This document shows, piece by piece, positions 9,701-16,881 of a stretch of DNA of 25,316 nt (positions are counted from its first letter, which is position 1; each line of letters begins with the position of its first letter). Location of the stretch: IMG/VR virus record IMGVR_UViG_3300025723_000156, positions 1 through 25,316 of that record; one strand, 5' to 3'. The DNA comes from a virus. Taxonomy: Duplodnaviria > Caudoviricetes. The notes beneath the pieces were generated by a model. That model saw only the letters and a program-made list of their open reading frames with translations, was not told the DNA's origin and ran no database searches. Position numbers and translations under genes: made by a program.

Positions 9701-9716
9701 TATTTTCAACTGCCAT
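6711..9716 (-). CDS. Baseplate hub-like structural protein with C-terminal 3D/DPBB (peptidoglycan-lytic) domain
   Basis: 1001 aa, following the LysM/gp53-like gene. LPLELNMTLDGIGGI...VSHTIESNQWTTSI resembles hub C-termini. A Pro-rich linker leads to TYY...VAMD...DTGGAFTGKGSAKIDIA, a three-Asp 3D-like pattern. Confidence 0.6.
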   Translation of the reverse strand: MAVENIVGGALNPDIITQLKRRQELLGQIGSRNTNNLLYLSNKNCWIKMTSFTEIVGKDSIGIVNRLFDNQVYIERSTDLAKNWTLSGEIVTNFTSKDGLVNATMRYGVDPVHGAYGPGGTSELGYRPMPGIQSLHLESLPPVGAVYSATIKIKAWNLNQLSVLDMLYFRLGYYCLVEWGHSVFVDNKGHVHTDIFQPIDTQKPGITTADIQDQIKTIRKRSGYNYDAMIGLVSNYDWTQNKDGSYDCTVKLTGLGSLAESLKINSQANMPQIIPIEGSPATSTQTVSTPPDSALKAFLVNIKNFTQKYTTENQKGNNPYSIMFQEVVRQCFASSNVDLLSRLNPNAEIGSLDDLATHGFSKAYVKASNTEKLILRDKIRPLKIEDFVTYITLSIREIVGNDFEKSKVTTKSYIPLSLLLAYINNSCLLYSGPESKGKPLQYIDFHPDTSTCLRVPPQLSTDPSVCIVDTSSNGQDFADLFTKKGVAISEITNPITNSTGNTVNDKITATGLSYLHATTSVKTRSPNSSVYIGNTLNIFVNVDYLISVYDNQLSKDQKTKNVNLSDYIDEILKGINTALGGINQLKLLPDGMDPHHVFSIIENQMQDYNEEVPTINVFGLQNQTVRDFSLKTNASTQYGSALAITAMHDSSEGAINDPTGANIDTSGILGINGRLRNRLAINDAAIASKSGTTTYDQAAKDQAAKAQSDLVALANGVNNFLAAAYGFTNHSGELRYVVDNVAKVQNYYLDALLKIKNGTGVGADHVTANGVLPLELNMTLDGIGGIPLFEAFTIPSSRLPIQYLDSQGKQLVGFTVYGVSHTIESNQWTTSIRGGMINLPSGSRITPSNSTPKVIPPPTLPTSLPGLNSPFTSYVTYYAPGKGQTSTQKKLEGSASDRFGSPVKTLEDYLEGKASYVTVAMDTPLSKPPYKGVNLINPNFVGKNGKLIIFKVLDTGGAFTGKGSAKIDIATRSLSIANGATPTIQGITFKQGNVADWRFTG

Positions 9717-9727
9717 ATAACTTTAAT

Positions 9728-10033
9728 TTATCTTATAGTATTAATTTGTGTATAGTTTGACAAGATAGTTTGCATATCAGATGGGATTCTCAGTTGAATT
9801 CCAATAGGTGGCAATAAACTATCTCCAGGAAGAGCATTTGCCGATGCTATGACCCACCATAGTGTGGTATCTTTGTAGTATTCATAGGCTAGTAAATCTA
9901 ACCTATCCCCAACTGTTGTAATAACGTAAATATCATCGGGGTTAGCAATTATGTCCGGATATATGTTGTTAACATAGTGAGTAACTCTTAATGAGTTTTT
10001 TGTAGTGTTTATAGTTTGGTATCTACTTGGCAT
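9728..10033 (-). CDS. LysM-like baseplate wedge protein (gp53/gpX-like)
   Basis: GDRLDLLAYEYYKDTTLWWVIASAN...GIQLRIP pattern. Confidence 0.8.
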   Translation of the reverse strand: MPSRYQTINTTKNSLRVTHYVNNIYPDIIANPDDIYVITTVGDRLDLLAYEYYKDTTLWWVIASANALPGDSLLPPIGIQLRIPSDMQTILSNYTQINTIR

Positions 10034-10036
10034 ATA

Positions 10037-11932
10037 TTATACGTTTGGAGTAGCATAAAAATTTGCTAACTGTGAATTTTTACCAATATTCCATCTGTTA
10101 CTGTCTACATTAGGTGTAATAAGCGGTGTAATATTGGCATATTGATCTTGCTGTTTATTAGAAGGATTAGATTTTGGTATCCAAGATCTTCTTGGTAGAA
10201 AGTCATGTATTGGAGTGAATTGACAAGCTACATCTAAGACGTGAGGTAATTGGTACATGCCGTCTATTCCATTATCTCTTTCATAATTAATTTCCCAAGG
10301 TGAAGCATCTGGTACTGCTATATTCATGGAAGTTAAAAAGCCAGGCTGTCCTGCAATATAATCGCCTATAGTAACTTTTAATAACGGAGCACGCATAAAA
10401 CCACTGCCCAGTACAGATTTATCTCGTCTAGTGAAACCCTGGTAATCTGGGTATAGTTGCGATACAAGGTAGTTTAACTTTCTATATAGAGGACGCATTT
10501 CAGATCTTGATTGCGCAGCTATTTTAAAGTTAAATGATACTATTCTTGTAAATCCGTTATAAGCATAAAAATTATCTCCTCTTCCTACATACCTAAAAGA
10601 TGAATAGTCAGCAGAGTGGTTATCAGTTAGACCTGTTAGAAATGCTCTAAAAACCAATGCTGTAGAACCTTGTGCTCCAGAGTCTTGCCCTGTACTTTCT
10701 ATCTCTATTGTATCAAATCTAAAAGTAATAAGATCTTCCACTGGCTTACCTCTATCTTCAGTTTGATTAATATCCAAGTGGTTAATTTTATCTTCACCTT
10801 GTTCGTATATAGAGGTGTAATCTACTCTTTGCTTTATTGACCTGCCTCCCGGTTTTCCAATACCGTATCTAGATTCTAAACTTCCGCTTGTATCAGAAGC
10901 TCCGCTATAACCTTTAGTAGAAGCTATACCTTTCAGCTGTAATCTAAAATCTTCACGTATTGAGTTTGTAGTATTTTTACTTTTTACAGAACGTATCTGA
11001 TCATAATCCCATGCATCCCATATGTTAGTAGGGTTAACAGTACCTACAGTAGATCCTTCAGCAAATGCAGTTGAATCTGTCTGTAATAGCTCAGTATTAT
11101 TTACTTTTTCAAGAAGTGGGCTACTTGCAGAGTATTGCTGTGCGTAAGCATATTTGTGATGATCATCTAGAGATGCTACTGAAGCAATATCACTGTAATT
11201 TTTACTTAAAGGAGACCAGTTATTTAAACTAACCGTACCTATACCCGATCCTAACGTAGTATTTAAGTCCGTATTACTAAAACGAGGTATTACAGTTGAT
11301 CCAATACCGCCTATCGAATTTGGTCCACCATCATACTGTATTAGTAGAGTTGGATTTGGTGATATGTTAAGTTTATTAACATCTTGGGCTGTAGTTCCAG
11401 TCTGTAGATTAGCAATCTTTGTGTTGTATAGAGTAACTAATCTCTGCGGATTATCGTTACCTTCAGTAGGAGTTACTACATAATCGTAAGTAGATCTATA
11501 GGAATTAACCGGTGTATAACCGTGTCTATCGAAATGATAGCCTGATCCCTGTACTGATACCTGAGCTAGTGTGTTTGATCCATTGTATATTCTTGTTGCA
11601 CCTAGAAAACCAAGTTCAACAGGTCCACCTATAGCTACTTCTTTTCCTGATTGTATATCCGGGTTAGCTAACTGTAGATACTGTTGACGTTCAATAAACA
11701 TCTGACCGGCAGGTGATTTTAAGAACCGTGCAATACGTTGTGTATCGGCTAGACCCTGAATAGGTATAGTTGGTCCAACTGTTGATATATTGTAAAGATC
11801 ACCAACCGCACTTACAGGCGGTACCTGATCAGGAATTGGAGTTTGAATAAAAGGTTGCCCGCTATTACCTCCACCTGGTCTATCATTACCAAATCTTAAG
11901 CTTTTTAAATCAGTCTGTAGATCTATTAACAT
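10037..11932 (-). CDS. Baseplate / tail-tube initiator-like protein (gp48/gp54-like C-terminal domain)
   Basis: C-terminal FRAFLTGLTD...YVGRGDNFYAYNGFTRIVSFNF...P.LKVTIGD...PGFLTS tube-fold pattern; lies between tape measure and LysM gene. Confidence 0.6.
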   Translation of the reverse strand: MLIDLQTDLKSLRFGNDRPGGGNSGQPFIQTPIPDQVPPVSAVGDLYNISTVGPTIPIQGLADTQRIARFLKSPAGQMFIERQQYLQLANPDIQSGKEVAIGGPVELGFLGATRIYNGSNTLAQVSVQGSGYHFDRHGYTPVNSYRSTYDYVVTPTEGNDNPQRLVTLYNTKIANLQTGTTAQDVNKLNISPNPTLLIQYDGGPNSIGGIGSTVIPRFSNTDLNTTLGSGIGTVSLNNWSPLSKNYSDIASVASLDDHHKYAYAQQYSASSPLLEKVNNTELLQTDSTAFAEGSTVGTVNPTNIWDAWDYDQIRSVKSKNTTNSIREDFRLQLKGIASTKGYSGASDTSGSLESRYGIGKPGGRSIKQRVDYTSIYEQGEDKINHLDINQTEDRGKPVEDLITFRFDTIEIESTGQDSGAQGSTALVFRAFLTGLTDNHSADYSSFRYVGRGDNFYAYNGFTRIVSFNFKIAAQSRSEMRPLYRKLNYLVSQLYPDYQGFTRRDKSVLGSGFMRAPLLKVTIGDYIAGQPGFLTSMNIAVPDASPWEINYERDNGIDGMYQLPHVLDVACQFTPIHDFLPRRSWIPKSNPSNKQQDQYANITPLITPNVDSNRWNIGKNSQLANFYATPNV

Positions 11933-11945
11933 AATTAGTTATCTT

Positions 11946-14381
11946 TTATCCGCCGTATACTCTTGATGACGGGTTTAATAGGTTACCATAACTCGTTGGT
12001 ACGTTCTTGGCTACTGTATTAGCTAGTGTTTGACCATCTACTTGAATCTGTACTGGTCTAGAAGCTAGAGCATTAATAGATGTTCTTAGTTCTACAATAG
12101 CATTTACAACTGATGTCATATCTCCACCACCTCCTAGAACTCCTCCAAGCATTTTACCGGCTTTAGGCGAATTCAAAGGTATGATAGCTTCAGGTCCAGC
12201 TTCACCAACAGTAGCATTATTAATTTCTCCTGTAACAATCCCACCTTCGGCAAATTTATGACCTATCGCCATTGTACCTAAAGCACCTACTGCTGCTGCA
12301 ACTGCTGCAACTACTGCTAATGTACCTATTCCAAATGTTTCAGCAGCATTTACTGTTACTGCTGCTACAGCTTGGTTGTCTTTTGCTAATGCTATACCAG
12401 CTTCTTCTGTTGCAACTACTGCTAAATCTGTTGCTTGTTTTTTTGTAAAGAAGTTAACTATACCTGCTGCTGTAGCAGAACTGCCCCATGCATCTGCCAT
12501 CATTACTACTCCGGCTATCAATTTACCTAGGTCTATTAGTGCCATAAGACCAATTGCGGTATAAGCAGCCCAAGAATGATCTGCTATAAACTTAAAAGCA
12601 TTGACTATCAACCCTAATGGACCTTGTAGTAACTTAGCTAAAGACTGTTGAATATCATCCCAGATAGCTGCTAATTTTTCTGTTGCAGATTGTTGTTTTA
12701 AAGTCATTACAAGTGAATCTGATTCCGGGATACCACGTTGTCTTGCAATATCTAACTGTTCCTGTGCAGATTTATTAGAAACATCTCCTAGCTTTTTATA
12801 GACTTCTTGCTGTTGTAGCATTTTAGCCATTTCCTCTCTTGACATTCCAAAAGCTTGTGCTAAAGATTTTTGTGCAATTACGTTTAGTTTCTGGTAATCA
12901 GCTAACGAACCTACTTGACTTCCTATCTCTTTTTCTAAAGTTAACTGGTCACCGGTTAATGCGGCATATCTTGCTTTTTCTAAATTTAATGCTTTACCTG
13001 TTAATAGTTCAGCTTCCATTTGAGATTGTATAGATGATTCGAAATTTAACATCGAATCGCCTATTTTATCAATTTCTTCTAGGCTTGTACCTAATTTTTT
13101 TGCTGCTACTACTGCTTCTGTTAAAGCTTTTGGATTCTGTTGAAATTTTACCAGAATACCTGCACTTAATTTACCAATTTCCTGAAATACTTGACGGGCA
13201 TTTAGTACAGGTTCATTTGCTTTGCGTTGGGTTATTATTGTACTAGCTATTGTTTTATCTGTATCTTCTAATGTCTGGTTATTTAATAAGCTAATTTTCT
13301 GAATATTAGAAGCTTCGTTTGCTGTTAAACCCATCTGGTTTGTCATAGCAGCAAACTCTTTAGTACTTTCTGCACCAAAGTCAACAGTTATACCTAACTG
13401 TTCATTCATATCCACAATAGCTTTTGTTACCTGCTTTAAAGTATACCCAGAAAAACTAGCTTCTGTAGACAGCCTTTCCATCTGTTTATCCGCCATTCCA
13501 ATACTTCGTGCCGATTCAACTATGGTAGAGTTATACTCTTTAGCTATCTCAAAACCTTTCTTAAACAAACTTACAAGATCATTCCACCCAGATTTCGCAA
13601 GTTTTAATCCTATTCCAAATTTAACAATCGGGTCTTGAATCGCTTCTGCTGCTGCTTCTCCTACTACTTTCACTACATCTTTAGCGGTAACTTTTTGAGT
13701 AGTAGCAAGATTTCGTAATTTTTTTTCCATATCATCGAGAATCTCACCGCTAACTCCTAAGTTTGATAAATAACTTGTTGCAGATTTTAGTAAAACTCCT
13801 GATACACCTAGGTTTTTATTAATATCTTTTTCTTTGTCTAATCTTTTTTCAACAGTTTTTAGTAGTTCTTTATACCCATTTTCGTTTTGTGTTATAAAAT
13901 CACCAGCTTCATCATACGCAGCAACGATTTTTTTTTGTACAGATAACTGCTCTTTCTGCTGTTTAGTAGATGCTCCTTGTGCTTTAATTTGTTTTTCTAA
14001 GCTTTGAATTGACTCAGCCGCTCTATCTCGCTCTTGCTTTTTCTGTTTTACAATGTCTTCAAGAACTTTTCCAGATTTTTCAACCCTTTCTTTCACAGCT
14101 TTTAATTCTCTTTCTGATAGTTTAGCTATATCTAACTGATCATATTTTAATTTATCGGCTTCTTTAGTAAGTTGTCGGTAAGAACCTACAACATCTTTAA
14201 CTAAATTATTTTGCTTAGTTAAATCTTCTACAGTGTTACGTAAGCTGGTAGCAAAATAGTTTACACTTTCGTTTAGCTCTTGCTGTGCTTTTTGCTGTTT
14301 TGCTAGTTCTTTAGCAACTTCAGCAGCACTTAACGCTGGATCTGGTAGAAATAAAAGTCTAGGTAGATAATTAAGTTTCAT
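11946..14381 (-). CDS. Tape measure protein
   Basis: 811 aa, helical/coiled-coil, Ala-rich hydrophobic segment, C-terminal FAEGGIV...VGEAGPEAIIPL; follows the chaperone locus. Confidence 0.85.
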   Translation of the reverse strand: MKLNYLPRLLFLPDPALSAAEVAKELAKQQKAQQELNESVNYFATSLRNTVEDLTKQNNLVKDVVGSYRQLTKEADKLKYDQLDIAKLSERELKAVKERVEKSGKVLEDIVKQKKQERDRAAESIQSLEKQIKAQGASTKQQKEQLSVQKKIVAAYDEAGDFITQNENGYKELLKTVEKRLDKEKDINKNLGVSGVLLKSATSYLSNLGVSGEILDDMEKKLRNLATTQKVTAKDVVKVVGEAAAEAIQDPIVKFGIGLKLAKSGWNDLVSLFKKGFEIAKEYNSTIVESARSIGMADKQMERLSTEASFSGYTLKQVTKAIVDMNEQLGITVDFGAESTKEFAAMTNQMGLTANEASNIQKISLLNNQTLEDTDKTIASTIITQRKANEPVLNARQVFQEIGKLSAGILVKFQQNPKALTEAVVAAKKLGTSLEEIDKIGDSMLNFESSIQSQMEAELLTGKALNLEKARYAALTGDQLTLEKEIGSQVGSLADYQKLNVIAQKSLAQAFGMSREEMAKMLQQQEVYKKLGDVSNKSAQEQLDIARQRGIPESDSLVMTLKQQSATEKLAAIWDDIQQSLAKLLQGPLGLIVNAFKFIADHSWAAYTAIGLMALIDLGKLIAGVVMMADAWGSSATAAGIVNFFTKKQATDLAVVATEEAGIALAKDNQAVAAVTVNAAETFGIGTLAVVAAVAAAVGALGTMAIGHKFAEGGIVTGEINNATVGEAGPEAIIPLNSPKAGKMLGGVLGGGGDMTSVVNAIVELRTSINALASRPVQIQVDGQTLANTVAKNVPTSYGNLLNPSSRVYGG

Positions 14382-14385
14382 AAAT

Positions 14386-14393
14386 ATAAATAG
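14386..14393 (-). promoter_or_regulatory. Class II box CTATTTAT before tape measure
   Basis: CTATTTATATTTATG. Confidence 0.65.
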
Positions 14394-14398
14394 TGAAA

Positions 14399-14417
14399 GC
14401 GCCTATTTTTTAGGCGC
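14399..14417 (-). terminator. Hairpin at the end of the chaperone locus (possible weak terminator)
   Basis: GCGCCTA / TAGGCGC stem with 5-nt loop, followed on the minus strand by only TTT and then the CTATTTAT box. Confidence 0.45.
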
Positions 14418-14675
14418 CTTCGTTGATGTTTTATAATTTGGTGTTACAGCAGGTCGAGCAATTGGTTTAGGTTCACTCTTATTATTTAACATATTCTGCT
14501 GCTTATCCTGGATCTCTTTTTGTTTATCGTAGTGTTCTTTTAACTTATTAAATGTAAACCTACGTAACCATAAAGGCATCTGATATACTGTCTCCCAATC
14601 ATATCCTCCTTGTCCATTAAAAACTATTTCATGGATTTCAGTGAATATATTGATTCTATGCTGCGGTGTCAGGCC
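14403..14675 (-). CDS. Second ('T'/gp51-like) frame of the tail-assembly chaperone, probably reached by frameshift
   Basis: Not in the ORF track. 90 open codons: GLTPQHRINIFTEIHEIVFNGQGGYDWETVYQMPLWLRRFTFNKLKEHYDKQKEIQDKQQNMLNNKSEPKPIARPAVTPNYKTSTKAPKK*. First ATG is only at 14579 (58 aa). Confidence 0.8.
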   Translation of the reverse strand, partial: GLTPQHRINIFTEIHEIVFNGQGGYDWETVYQMPLWLRRFTFNKLKEHYDKQKEIQDKQQNMLNNKSEPKPIARPAVTPNYKTSTKAPKK

Positions 14676-15405
14676 AAAAAAATGATATAGTAACTGGTAT
14701 GTTTACACCCTCCCCTGTGTAGTTATCTGAATCCGGTATAAACTTCATATCTAAGTCTGGTGAGATAGAGCTATAGTATTGACGTAGAGCTCTTGAATCA
14801 GGTGCAAGTAAGTAATTATCTACGAATTCACGTATTGCTTTTTGTTCTCTATCACCGTTTACCGATGTAATCATAAACTTCATCCGTGTTGTGATATCGG
14901 TAGTAGTGTTAGGAGAAATCTTTTTAAGACCTTTTATCTCTTTTTCTATCTTTTGTTCATCACCATGAGTTAGTAACTTGAAGGTTACAGTATTACCCGA
15001 TTTAGGTAGAGCGTAACTAAAGTCATTAAGACCTGATTTAAACAAATCATAGTCTACAACTTTGTTCTCTAATATGGATAAATCAACAGATACCTGCTGT
15101 CCTTCATAGGAAAAGGTGTAGTCTTTACCATAACCTAAAACCCTTGCAGCTACTAAGATTGCGTTTTTATCGCCAATAAGTAGATCGTCAAAGTTGATTG
15201 GAGTAACGATTAGAGACTGTAATAACTTGTCTAGTACTGTACCGTCTTTGATGTAATTACTGTTAGTAAGGATATCTTCCTCTCTAGCGGTCATATACTT
15301 CATTTCTACGGTACCTGATGATAAAGGTGATTCTTTTGGATACAATAACCCTTTAGATGGTAACTTTACCGTTTCTGTTGGTAGTTTAAATTTTTCTGTT
15401 GTCAT
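14656..15405 (-). CDS. Tail/baseplate-hub assembly chaperone (gp26-like, 'G' frame)
   Basis: LPSKG..YP, KYMTAREEDIL, LLIGDKNAILVAAR..GYG, ends SFFWP; sits between tube and tape measure. Confidence 0.75.
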   Translation of the reverse strand: MTTEKFKLPTETVKLPSKGLLYPKESPLSSGTVEMKYMTAREEDILTNSNYIKDGTVLDKLLQSLIVTPINFDDLLIGDKNAILVAARVLGYGKDYTFSYEGQQVSVDLSILENKVVDYDLFKSGLNDFSYALPKSGNTVTFKLLTHGDEQKIEKEIKGLKKISPNTTTDITTRMKFMITSVNGDREQKAIREFVDNYLLAPDSRALRQYYSSISPDLDMKFIPDSDNYTGEGVNIPVTISFFWPDTAA

Positions 15406-15434
15406 AAATTGTTTAAGTGTTTACCTATATATAT

Positions 15435-15442
15435 ATAAATAG
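15435..15442 (-). promoter_or_regulatory. Class II box CTATTTAT before chaperone
   Basis: Exact intergenic match. Confidence 0.65.
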
Positions 15443-15456
15443 ACAAAATAATACTT

Positions 15457-16206
15457 TTAATCTATCTTTTTTTCATGTCTTTTATCTTTATAGTAAATCA
15501 TATACCCCTTTTTTAGTAGACCTGGGTGGGTAGTTAACCTATCGCTAACTGTTGCGGGACTTATCTTTATAGTAGAACTTAGCTGATATGCATTACTTGC
15601 TTCTACTTTTCTTCCATCTTCATATTCACATACTACCCAACCTTTACTAGCTTTAGCTTGATCTCCAACTTTACCTATCTGATCACGTCTTCTTGCTTCT
15701 ACTAGTTTCTGTTTACCTTCTTTAGATAATTGATCCTTACGTCCTTTACTTAGATTTGTATTTTCCCAACCTTGATCTAAATAACTCGGTAATTCTTCAG
15801 CTGAACAATACTTAATTTTTTTTGTTATAGAATGTACAATAGTCTTTGTTCCTGTTCTTGCTGCAGCAATTTTTGCTGAATGCTCTGCTGTTTGTTTTCT
15901 AGTCCAAAGGGTCATTAATATTCTTCTAGCTTGACCATATTCCTCTTCCGTAAGTTTAGTTTTCTTATCATAAGCTATTCGATGAAAAGCCCATAACATT
16001 TTTTTACCGTATATCGGATGATGTTTAAATATCTCAGCTAGTAATTTATGACACCTATAATGCTCTTCCGGCAGTAGTAGTACTGTTGATGACTTTTTAT
16101 TAAAACTTCTTGGCACTATATGATGTGCTTCGTAGTAACTCCCGTTTCCTTTAACTCTGTTTGACTTTAGAGCCTCTCTAATAATACTGTAATAATCTCT
16201 TAACAT
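15457..16206 (-). CDS. Free-standing HNH homing endonuclease
   Basis: YYEAHHIVPRS...LLPEEHYRCHKLL N-terminal HNH motif with a basic NUMOD-like C-terminal region. Confidence 0.85.
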   Translation of the reverse strand: MLRDYYSIIREALKSNRVKGNGSYYEAHHIVPRSFNKKSSTVLLLPEEHYRCHKLLAEIFKHHPIYGKKMLWAFHRIAYDKKTKLTEEEYGQARRILMTLWTRKQTAEHSAKIAAARTGTKTIVHSITKKIKYCSAEELPSYLDQGWENTNLSKGRKDQLSKEGKQKLVEARRRDQIGKVGDQAKASKGWVVCEYEDGRKVEASNAYQLSSTIKISPATVSDRLTTHPGLLKKGYMIYYKDKRHEKKID

Positions 16207-16239
16207 AAAAAAACCTGCCTTTATTATAAATAGGCAGGT
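16207..16239 (-). terminator. Intrinsic terminator after the tube gene, with a CTATTTAT box inside
   Basis: Minus strand ACCTGCCT-atttataataa-AGGCAGGT-TTTTTT then ATG: perfect 8-bp stem plus U-tract. Confidence 0.75.
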
Positions 16240-16272
16240 CTTATATAAGAAGTAAAAATTTAAGACGTAGTA

Positions 16273-16758
16273 CTAGTAGTTGAGTACAGCATAATCCATT
16301 GCTATAGTAACATCGATTTCTAATGCTTCAGAAGTAGCCCAGTCAAATTGACCGAATGTAGCTGTCTTAACAAATGCACCTTTTATGATCCATTCACCCA
16401 CTATATCACCTACTGGACCTAAAACGTTTAGAGTTAAATCTTTCTTGTAGAAGTCAGAATAACCGTCTCTACCTGTTACAGATTCGTGTGATAGACGTAC
16501 CCACTCCATTACTGCTTGAGCACCTGAAGGTGTGATTGGATTATAAAGAGCTAGGGTCATATCATTCCACTTAACCTTACCTTTTAACTTACGGTAAACG
16601 TTGATATGATCTAGAGTGATTTCACCTGCATCAAAGCCTGGTGCTGATGCTTTCTTGATTAAGTAAGATGGTATACCGTCAATATACATTATAAATCTAT
16701 TCTGTACTTGTGGTTCAAAAGCGGTAAAGAATATCTCATTAGGATCTAAAACAGCCAT
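16273..16758 (-). CDS. Tail tube protein (T4 gp19-like)
   Basis: 161 aa; FEP..QNRF, KLKGKVKWNDMTL, YKKDLTLNVLGPVGDIVGEWIIKGAF; downstream of sheath. Confidence 0.9.
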   Translation of the reverse strand: MAVLDPNEIFFTAFEPQVQNRFIMYIDGIPSYLIKKASAPGFDAGEITLDHINVYRKLKGKVKWNDMTLALYNPITPSGAQAVMEWVRLSHESVTGRDGYSDFYKKDLTLNVLGPVGDIVGEWIIKGAFVKTATFGQFDWATSEALEIDVTIAMDYAVLNY

Positions 16759-16805
16759 GGTTTATTTATTTTTAGTTTTTAGTAAATGTTAGTTTGTCTA
16801 CATTA

Positions 16806-16813
16806 ATAAATAG
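16806..16813 (-). promoter_or_regulatory. Class II box CTATTTAT before tube
   Basis: Exact intergenic match. Confidence 0.65.
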
Positions 16814-16827
16814 TCCTAGCAGAAAAA

Positions 16828-16858
16828 AGTTGTTTCTTTTACAAAAAAACACTAATTA
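16828..16858 (+). promoter_or_regulatory. Class I-like promoter motif before the Hef-like endonuclease
   Basis: A-tract, AGTTGT-N19-TAATTA (weaker match). Confidence 0.5.
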
Positions 16859-16881
16859 TATACGGTAATTGAACCTCAAGT

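Noticed and set aside
14603-14612. AGGAGG as a Shine-Dalgarno site for the second chaperone frame
   Set aside because: The adjacent ATG is too close and in another frame that closes after about 20 codons; the in-frame ATG is too far away. It simply encodes Gln-Gly-Gly.
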